Source: Nemertoderma westbladi
Taxonomy: Eukaryota; Animalia; Xenacoelomorpha
Assembly: GCA_032718475.1 (NCBI GenBank)
Contig: JAUCBJ010006483.1
Coordinates: 1 to 32,504, forward strand
DNA: 32,504 nucleotides
Direction: 5' to 3'
Positions 22,798-32,504 of the stretch are shown one piece after another (positions within the stretch are counted from its first letter, which is position 1; each line of letters opens with the position of its first letter). The notes beneath the pieces are model-generated. The model was not told where the DNA came from. It ran no database searches and saw only the letters and a program-made list of their open reading frames with translations. Position numbers and translations under genes: made by a program.

Positions 22798-25157
22798 GCT
22801 TACACTACGAATAGCACCAAAACAAACCTACATCCCTAGGCTTACACTACGAATAGCACCAAAACAAACCCACATCCCTAGGCTTACACTACGAATAGCA
22901 CCAAAACAAACCTACATCCCTAGGCTTACACTACGAATAGCACCAAAACAAACCCACATCCCTAGGCTTACACTACGAATAGCACCAAAACAAACCTACA
23001 TCCCTAGGCTTACACTACGAATAGCACCAAAACAAACCCACATCCCTAGGCTTACACTACGAATAGCACCAAAACAAACCTACATCCCTAGGCTTACACT
23101 ACGAATAGCACCAAAACAAACCTACATCCCTAGGCTTACACTACGAATAGCACCAAAACAAACCTACATCCCTAGGCTTACACTACGAATAGCACCAAAA
23201 CAAACCCACATCCCTAGGCTTACACTACGAATAGCACCAAAACAAACCTACATCCCTAGGCTTACACTACGAATAGCACCAAAACAAACCCACATCCCTA
23301 GGCTTACACTACGAATAGCACCAAAACAAACCCACATCCCTAGGCTTACACTACGAATAGCACCAAAACAAACCCACATCCCTAGGCTTACACTACGAAT
23401 AGCACCAAAACAAACCCACATCCCTAGGCTTACACTACGAATAGCACCAAAACAAACCCACATCCCTAGGCTTACACTACGAATAGCACCAAAACAAACC
23501 CACATCCCTAGGCTTACACTACGAATAGCACCAAAACAAACCTACATCCCTAGGCTTACACTACGAATAGCACCAAAACAAACCTACATCCCTAGGCTTA
23601 CACTACGAATAGCACCAAAACAAACCTACATCCCTAGGCTTACACTACGAATAGCACCAAAACAAACCCACATCCCTAGGCTTACACTACGAATAGCACC
23701 AAAACAAACCTACATCCCTAGGCTTACACTACGAATAGCACCAAAACAAACCCACATCCCTAGGCTTACACTACGAATAGCACCAAAACAAACCCACATC
23801 CCTAGGCTTACACTACGAATAGCACCAAAACAAACCCACATCCCTAGGCTTACACTACGAATAGCACCAAAACAAACCCACATCCCTAGGCTTACACTAC
23901 GAATAGCACCAAAACAAACCCACATCCCTAGGCTTACACTACGAATAGCACCAAAACAAACCCACATCCCTAGGCTTACACTACGAATAGCACCAAAACA
24001 AACCTACATCCCTAGGCTTACACTACGAATAGCACCAAAACAAACCCACATCCCTAGGCTTACACTACGAATAGCACCAAAACAAACCTACATCCCTAGG
24101 CTTACACTACGAATAGCACCAAAACAAACCCACATCCCTAGGCTTACACTACGAATAGCACCAAAACAAACCCACATCCCTAGGCTTACACTACGAATAG
24201 CACCAAAACAAACCCACATCCCTAGGCTTACACTACGAATAGCACCAAAACAAACCCACATCCCTAGGCTTACACTACGAATAGCACCAAAACAAACCTA
24301 CATCCCTAGGCTTACACTACGAATAGCACCAAAACAAACCCACATCCCTAGGCTTACACTACGAATAGCACCAAAACAAACCCACACCCCTAGGCTTACA
24401 CTACGAATAGCACCAAAACAAACCTACATCCCTAGGCTTACACTACGAATAGCACCAAAACAAACCTACATCCCTAGGCTTACACTACGAATAGCACCAA
24501 AACAAACCTACATCCCTAGGCTTACACTACGAATAGCACCAAAACAAACCTACATCCCTAGGCTTACACTACGAATAGCACCAAAACAAACCCACATCCC
24601 TAGGCTTACACTACGAATAGCACCAAAACAAACCTACATCCCTAGGCTTACACTACGAATAGCACCAAAACAAACCCACATCCCTAGGCTTACACTACGA
24701 ATAGCACCAAAACAAACCTACATCCCTAGGCTTACACTACGAATAGCACCAAAACAAACCTACATCCCTAGGCTTACACTACGAATAGCACCAAAACAAA
24801 CCCACATCCCTAGGCTTACACTACGAATAGCACCAAAACAAACCTACATCCCTAGGCTTACACTACGAATAGCACCAAAACAAACCTACATCCCTAGGCT
24901 TACACTACGAATAGCACCAAAACAAACCTACATCCCTAGGCTTACACTACGAATAGCACCAAAACAAACCTGCATCCCTAGGCTTACACTACGAATAGCA
25001 CCAAAACAAACCCACATCCCTAGGCTTACACTACGAATAGCACCAAAACAAACCCACATCCCTAGGCTTACACTACGAATAGCACCAAAACAAACCCACA
25101 TCCCTAGGCTTACACTACGAATAGCACCAAAACAAACCTACATCCCTAGGCTTACAC
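22798..25157. repeat. 42-bp satellite, left block (~56 units)
   Basis: Unit gcttacactacgaatagcaccaaaacaaacc(c/t)acatccctag repeated without spacers. Confidence 0.99.
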
Positions 25158-25660
25158 GAAGTGGGGACTTCGCGCAGCACGAAGTTGGCAGAGCCTTAGC
25201 GAATTGACACTGTTAGGGGGTAGGTCAATTTATGCAAATAGTCACGTTGGCCCTCTAGCGGCAGACTGGAGAACTGCAGATGGATTCGCCTCCTTTGAAA
25301 GTCACAGCTAATGGTCTAATACATATCTGCCAAGTTTCAGCTTAAACGGATTAAAAGCAAAGAAATGGGAGGGCATTTAATGTTTAGACATGTGGCCCTC
25401 TAGCGGGAGACCATTGCACTGATGGTGTCTGAAAGTCTCTCAAAAATCTCAACTTTTGCTCATATTGATACCTACAAATTTTCAACTTGGCAGCTTTAAA
25501 TCCGACAAAGTTATTAGCATGTCAAAATCGTAACGACGACGACGACGACAACGACGACGACGACAACGACGACGACGATGACGACAACTATTTGCATAAA
25601 TTGACCCACCCCCTAACTGTGTCAATTCGCTAAGGCTCCGCCAACTTCGTGGCTCGCCCC
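25158..25660 (-). mobile_element. 503-bp non-autonomous element inserted in the satellite (subterminal IRs, GTC microsatellite, terminal hairpin)
   Basis: ~65-bp inverted repeats at 25178-25242 and 25587-25651; a (GAC)n tract at ~25533-25586; hairpin cgaagt-gggg-acttcg at the left end. Satellite bases acac are duplicated on both sides (25154-25157, 25661-25664). Confidence 0.88.
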
Positions 25661-27201
25661 ACACTACGAATAGCACCAAAACAAACCTACATCCCTAGGC
25701 TTACACTACGAATAGCACCAAAACAAACCCACATCCCTAGGCTTACACTACGAATAGCACCAAAACAAACCTACATCCCTAGGCTTACACTACGAATAGC
25801 ACCAAAACAAACCCACATCCCTAGGCTTACACTACGAATAGCACCAAAACAAACCCACATCCCTAGGCTTACACTACGAATAGCACCAAAACAAACCTAC
25901 ATCCCTAGGCTTACACTACGAATAGCACCAAAACAAACCCACATCCCTAGGCTTACACTACGAATAGCACCAAAACAAACCTACATCCCTAGGCTTACAC
26001 TACGAATAGCACCAAAACAAACCTACACCCCTAGGCTTACACTACGAATGGCACCAAAACAAACCTACATCCCTAGGCTTACACTACGAATAGCACCAAA
26101 ACAAACCTACATCCCTAGGCTTACACTACGAATAGCACCAAAACAAACCTACATCCCTAGGCTTACACTACGAATAGCACCAAAACAAACCTACATCCCT
26201 AGGCTTACACTACGAATAGCACCAAAACAAACCTGCATCCCTAGGCTTACACTACGAATAGCACCAAAACAAACCTACATCCCTAGGCTTACACTACGAA
26301 TAGCACCAAAACAAACCCACATCCCTAGGCTTACACTACGAATAGCACCAAAACAAACCTACATCCCTAGGCTTACACTACGAATAGCACCAAAACAAAC
26401 CCACACCCCTAGGCTTACACTACGAATAGCACCAAAACAAACCCACATCCCTAGGCTTACACTACGAATAGCACCAAAACAAACCTACATCCCTAGGCTT
26501 ACACTACGAATAGCACCAAAACAAACCTACATCCCTAGGCTTACACTACGAATAGCACCAAAACAAACCCACATCCCTAGGCTTACACTACGAATAGCAC
26601 CAAAACAAACCCACACCCCTAGGCTTACACTACGAATAGCACCAAAACAAACCCACATCCCTAGGCTTACACTACGAATAGCACCAAAACAAACCCACAT
26701 CCCTAGGCTTACACTACGAATAGCACCAAAACAAACCCACATCCCTAGGCTTACACTACGAATAGCACCAAAACAAACCCACATCCCTAGGCTTACACTA
26801 CGAATAGCACCAAAACAAACCTACATCCCTAGGCTTACACTACGAATAGCACCAAAACAAACCCACATCCCTAGGCTTACACTACGAATAGCACCAAAAC
26901 AAACCTACATCCCTAGGCTTACACTACGAATAGCACCAAAACAAACCTACACCCCTAGGCTTACACTACGAATGGCACCAAAACAAACCTACATCCCTAG
27001 GCTTACACTACGAATAGCACCAAAACAAACCTACATCCCTAGGCTTACACTACGAATAGCACCAAAACAAACCTACATCCCTAGGCTTACACTACGAATA
27101 GCACCAAAACAAACCTACATCCCTAGGCTTACACTACGAATAGCACCAAAACAAACCTACACCCCTAGGCTTACACTACGAATAGCACCAAAACAAACCT
27201 A
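25661..27201. repeat. 42-bp satellite, right block (~37 units)
   Basis: The same unit resumes after the insertion and ends at ...aaaccta|aagcttc. Confidence 0.99.
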
Positions 27202-27456
27202 AAGCTTCAGCATGTTTCCACGTTTTTTATTTAATATTTAGTATTTATTGGTGCCACCGACCCCATTTCATAATTATTGCTTAATTAATTACACAATTTT
27301 CTTTAGTAATTAATAGTAATTCTAGCCACTTATTTGTTGACTCATATTTTAAGCCATATTGCAATGTTTGGGGTCTCCAATATAGTTTCACTATTTATTA
27401 TTCGATGAGTTGGCTTTAGATGAGCTGAAAATTTAATTTTTTAGTACTAAAATATA

Positions 27457-27845
27457 CCGTATTTCTTCGAATAAGAACCTGGGCGGTTCAGTTTATAAAT
27501 GTGGGGGGGGGGGGGGGGGGGGGCGTTTATTCGGGGAAGGCGTTTAAGTTCCAAACTGTGTGGTTCGATTGGGGGCGTTTATGTTCTAGATTTTCAGAAT
27601 TTTGAATTTAAATAGGGCCTACCCTAAAGAGGATTGTTGTTAAAGTCAAGAACACAAGTTAAGCAAATGAAATAATTCAAATAATAACATAATTATATTT
27701 AATACTCATATACAGCCTATTACCGCGGTACAACTAACACCCTACCTACAGTATATTTACCTTCAGTCTATATCGCCCCACATTGTAATATTATATAAAC
27801 GTCGGGGTGTTTATTCGAGGAGGTATCTTATTCGAGTAAATACGG
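27457..27845. mobile_element. Tc1/mariner(pogo)-like MITE
   Basis: TA|ccgtatttcttcgaataaga ... tcttattcgagtaaatacgg|TA gives ~20-bp TIRs with TA duplication. Internal ggg(c/t)gtttattcg subrepeats and a G21 tract. Confidence 0.88.
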
Positions 27846-28522
27846 TACTATCCTTTTTTTCCTCGTTTTTTTTTGCCTTGTAGGGCTGTTGTTTTGTTAG
27901 GCGTGACTTGAATACTAAATTATACAAACAAACACCACAACAAAACAAACTGACTACAAAATGAATTTCTATTTTATTTAAGTAACCGGGGATAATTTGT
28001 GAATACGACCCGCAATGTACCCCTTATTGCCATCATGTATGTATGTTCTACGTTAGCTAATAGTTCCTACCCCCAATAACATTTACAGAAATTATATTAC
28101 TATTTATATCATATTAAAATTAAGTGCAATAACATATTTATAGTTTATATTATATTTAAGGACTTAATTCCCCTGGGTGTGAGAATATCTTATTCGTAGT
28201 ATTACATACCATACCATACTAGTATGATTTTGGTTATTATTTTGTGCTTCCATTGCAGTCCAGTACCTAATTTTAGCAATGTAAGGGGTTTGTTTATATG
28301 GATGCTGGAAGGGGCTTTTCACGTTGTTTGTTTTTAGGAAATCACCTGGATATTTAAATGGAAGTGAATAGGTATTGACTGTCCTTCAAAGATTCCTTCA
28401 AAGAACGCCAGATTCCAGACGATTTCCATGCAGCCCCTTGACAGTCATTCAGATCACGTCTTACTCTTTCATGTAGAGGGTGATCTTTAACTGAACTCTA
28501 AATGGCAGGTACTAGAGAATGT

Positions 28523-28608
28523 AATGGACTGGACTTTAAATATTGTGGAATGGACTGCACTTTAAATATTGTGGAATGGACTGCACTTTAAATATTGTGG
28601 AATGGACT
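28523..28608. repeat. 26-bp tandem repeat, ~3.3 copies
   Basis: aatggactg(g/c)actttaaatattgtgg starts at 28523, 28549 and 28575. Confidence 0.9.
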
Positions 28609-29845
28609 TTAAATGGAAGGAACTGAACGTGTAAATGGGAGGGACTGGGTGGTTGAGAATGATTGGGCTCTAACACTCTAACTTATTCTGATTTTCTTGA
28701 AAATCACTTAAAAAGCACTTTATCACGAATTTTTTGAGCAACTGTAAATTATACTAATTTGTTAATCTACGGCGTAGCTGCTGCATTATTAATATAATCT
28801 ATTACTTAGTTGAATTTACATTCCTTAAATCCATTTACTACTGAACTCATTTCTGAGAATGAGAATGTATGTTTTTGTCATCGACGTTATTTATTGTTGT
28901 ATTGATAGGCCCCGAGAAGCGAGAAAAAATTCCAACTCATTGATACTTTATTTTATTTATTATTGTGGTACTTCGGGAATTGTTTACATTAATTTGGTTT
29001 ACATTCTGGTTCATTCTAAACTTTTATTGATATGGATTTTAAATTATTATCTTTAATTGTCTACCCACAACCGTCTTTCTCTAATCTTTTTAGTTTTCTT
29101 TGTATATTCGGTATGTATTTTAATTTTTAAATATGGTTTCTATTATTGGTTCGTTCCACAATTTAATATACCTTGCACATTTAATTAATTATTATGTTAT
29201 AATTAATGCTGTTGCATTTGCACTATTTCTTAATTACAAATTTGTTTTGGAATATTCTAATATTTATTCGAAGCCGTGAAAATGTTCTCAGTAAGTAATC
29301 GGTGAACGTGAATCACAGGATGCTACTTGAAGGCTCCACTCTCTTGGCTCTTACCGGTAAGACAGTTAGTCCTTTCACTAACTCCGAAGGATTGAATACT
29401 CCGTAACAATCCAACCCCTCTTTTCATTACCACCCTAACAGGAGGTCCATTTACCCATTTCGATGAGTGGGTACTACACAACGTATAAAGCCATGGCTCT
29501 ACTTAGGCCTACATAGATATTCATCCAATCCCAGCCCTATTGTAATAGTTAAATAGATACAATGATAATGATACAAATCCCTATTAGATAAATGAAGGTA
29601 ATGTTTGGTAGATTCACCTTATTATTCATATTCAACGTATTATCGTATTCTTTATTGTGCACTTTTACAAATCTTTGAAGATTTACACATAAATAAAGTA
29701 AACTGTAATAAAGTAAATAAAGTAACAAATAAAGTAAATTGTTTTGAGGTTGAATTATAGAGATATCACATACAATGAGGCATACATACAAAATGTTTTT
29801 GCAAACTAAAAGCGATTCACAAAAATATTGTCTGATATAACCAGA

Positions 29846-30691
29846 CTAGTTATTAACATGAACTAAACACAAATGTTCATCTGTATATGAATGCAATGAA
29901 TTATTATATCCACTATCGCTCCCATCACTACTACCCTCCCAATAACTAGTCTGCCATATATTAGTGTCATTGTTTACAGCGTTTCCATAACAACACAAGT
30001 TGTCGCTGCCCTTGAGACTACGCTCTCTGAGCGCGAGTTTCTTAACCTTAGCGCGTTCATTTTGGAACCAAACCTGGACTATTCGAACGGGGAGTTGCGT
30101 TGCGCCGCCCAAATCCTCCTTTACTTTACGGCTGGGTTTCTGCGACACGATGAAAGCCGCGCGTAAAACACGTCGCTGATTGTGCGTTAATATAACCCGC
30201 TTCCTACCAACGCCTTTAGTTTTCGTTGTTTTCCGACGAGACATCGTTTCCTCCTCATCGCTAGACACTTCGCTATAATTACTCTGACTCTCTATAGACT
30301 CAATAGAGTTATCTGCGTCGTGTTTGCAGTAGAGACGACCCTGTGCTCCAATCGCGACCACTTCCCCCTTCCGTAGTACAGTGTCGCAGATGGCGCATCG
30401 GAAACAGTCCTCGTGGAATATATTCCCGTCGGCTCTCAATACGAGATCCTCAGGCCGTAGCAACAGCGAGCAGTACCGGCATCTAGCCCCGAATACTGAA
30501 CGGTAGTCGGACTTACAGTAAAGCGAGTCGCCGCGGGTGTAACAGCTGCCGCTTAACTCTTCATAACACACGCAACAGGTGAGACATCCTTCATGCCACA
30601 CCGAATCGCCGATGTTAATAATAAACTTATCTATGATTTGATAGCCGCAACCACGGCAAACTCTGTTACTGACACCCGATGATTCGGTCAT
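29846..30691 (-). CDS. Lmx1: LIM-homeobox transcription factor, Lmx (LMX1A/B) class, intronless
   Basis: 281-aa ORF with two complete LIM domains (CxxC...HxxCxxCxxC...CxxD) and a homeodomain, RKRVILTHNQRRVLRAAFIVSQKPSRKVKEDL...VQVWFQNERAKVKKLA, that aligns with Lmx1 [33 protein letters not shown]...WFQNQRAKMKKLA. Confidence 0.93.
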   Translation of the reverse strand: MTESSGVSNRVCRGCGYQIIDKFIINIGDSVWHEGCLTCCVCYEELSGSCYTRGDSLYCKSDYRSVFGARCRYCSLLLRPEDLVLRADGNIFHEDCFRCAICDTVLRKGEVVAIGAQGRLYCKHDADNSIESIESQSNYSEVSSDEEETMSRRKTTKTKGVGRKRVILTHNQRRVLRAAFIVSQKPSRKVKEDLGGATQLPVRIVQVWFQNERAKVKKLALRERSLKGSDNLCCYGNAVNNDTNIWQTSYWEGSSDGSDSGYNNSLHSYTDEHLCLVHVNN

Positions 30692-32504
30692 TGCATTGAT
30701 GTCCGCGTGATATCTTTTTACAATAAACTCAATTAAAATTTACTTTCAGTTTGACACAATATATTATTATTTAGTAATGATACTACCACGGTTAGCAAAT
30801 AATATTGCGGATATTAGATGGTACGTATATAAGGCGTGTGCGCATTAACTAGCACAGTGATTAGATGCGATAATCTTTTTACAAATCGTTAAGAATTCAC
30901 CACAAACTTGTGTCTTTTATCCAAAGCCTTTTTGCCTTTTTATACGTCTATCAGCAGGTGGTATGTTTCGCCTAATCATGAAGCAGACTCAAGCACTGGC
31001 GTCCCATTGATCGCCAAACCGATTAATCTCTCGCAACGGCCCTCGTGTATTGACGTATCCCAGCAGTTCGCACAAGGGTGGCCCCTTGAAGGATCAGTTC
31101 GGTGTGCGTAGTAGGCTTCAACCCGACGTATGTTCTCGGCCCTTGGCTCTCAGCCTCAGGGGTTTGTATTAGCTGAGCAGAGTTGGTTGTGTCGCGAAGC
31201 CAAAAATAACGTTGGATAAACTGTCGGTGTTAAAATCGGATCAAAGCTGTGAGGTATTTCTTCGATTACATTAATCGTTCTAATCGATAAATACCGTAGT
31301 TAATATCCGAAACACTCGAGAATTATCTTCTAACCTGTAAGAAAAATATGAGTTTATGTGGTTGGTAGTGTGAGTGGTGTTTTACCCAGTTTGTTCGCGT
31401 GTTAATCTCATAAATTGTATCTTAATATTATCAAATTTTTTGACAAAACTATACTTAAATAAATATGTGTAATTAAATACTTTCACGTATATAGTTGTTT
31501 TGAAGTGAATAGTAACTAGAACTGTATTATATAGTAATGTAGAGCCATTAATAAGTAACGGATGTACGACCTACCCTAAGTAAACTACTAATTTTTATTG
31601 CTACCGAACAACAAAATATTATTTCGTTAATTTTATTTATTAATAATTAATTAATATTAATCATTTTTGTAATAACGTATGCGAGTAAAATATATATATC
31701 AATTCTTTTATTGGTAAAAAACTTAAAATAACAATTCATCTACAACGAGCCAAGCCACAAATAATGTCACCCAACTTCTTGAACGAGTTTTATAGTCAGT
31801 GATTTTTGTGATAATAATTGGATTAAATAAGAAGGTCTTTACGAATTAAGTGCGAACTCACAGCACCCAATAAGTGCCTATTATTCTCGTAGTTTCCCAG
31901 GCATTGTGTACAGCACACAGTATAGATGCATCCGCTAACGGTTGATACAACGTCACCATTGTTTGTGACACACGAGCTACACTGTGACCAACTAACGATA
32001 AACACATACAGGAAATGATGAGTCCAGAAGGGCGCCCGCATCGTTTATTACTCGTTAAACTGCGGCCCCCCTGCCAACCAGTCTCCGTTAAACCCCACTG
32101 AACAACCCGTAACTCCACCCTGGTAGGTGGCGAAAGAAAACCTCAAGTAGTTCACACTAACGTCCTATAAAGATACATTTTTATTTAGTTCTTCGATATA
32201 TTTCCCATACCCCGATTCTGTTGATTTAGGATTTGTATTTTTATGTGGTATGAGTTTGATTAATAATAATGGTGTAGATTAGTAATAGTAATAGCTATAA
32301 TACCACATGAACTGAGATTCTGTGTCAGCTGCTGTCGAAACATGGCCGATGATGGAACCACCGTATATTTTCATGTAAAAGTCGATGTGTCCGCATTTCT
32401 AAGCGAATTTTTTGATAACTCAACATGTTTTGGCCTATTTCCGTGTTATCAGTTGAGTTACTATTATTGTTATTAGTTATACTTTGGACAAAATGAGATT
32501 TCTG

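Noticed and set aside
22798-27201. CRISPR array
   Set aside because: Units are contiguous with no unique spacers, there are no cas genes, and the context is eukaryotic.
25649-27202. 517-aa repeat protein (RLTLRIAPKQTY/HIP)n
   Set aside because: It is open only because the 42-bp unit lacks a stop in that frame. It starts at a GTG inside a TE, and all four variant sites are non-synonymous, arguing against coding constraint.
29270-29500. Possible SINE core remnant
   Set aside because: The resemblance is vague, and no promoter boxes, tail or TSD were identified.
32013-32045. Hammerhead-like tgatgagtccagaagggcg
   Set aside because: The essential GAAA after stem II is absent and the core lacks the leading C.

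Overview
AT-rich animal (probably invertebrate) genomic DNA; nothing suggests a prokaryotic origin. Three host genes are recognisable. Two spliced internal exons encode TM2-TM5 of a muscarinic-acetylcholine-like aminergic GPCR (3983-4153, 5000-5237, +). A complete intronless dynactin subunit 2 / p50 dynamitin ORF lies at 20691-21896 (+). A complete intronless Lmx-class LIM-homeobox ORF lies at 29846-30691 (-). The rest is largely transposon debris: RTE-like and CR1-group LINE fragments, a decayed DDE transposase, and hAT-like and Tc1/mariner-like MITEs. It also holds two copies of an asymmetric inverted-repeat element, a candidate Crypton-like element with a recombinase-site-like junction, and a 4.2 kb foldback structure whose arms are tandem ~740-bp units with swapped internal tracts. 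An 18-bp minisatellite and a ~93-unit 42-bp satellite split by an insertion lie between the two intronless genes. All calls come from reading by eye and recalled family motifs. No searches were run, so TE family names are provisional.
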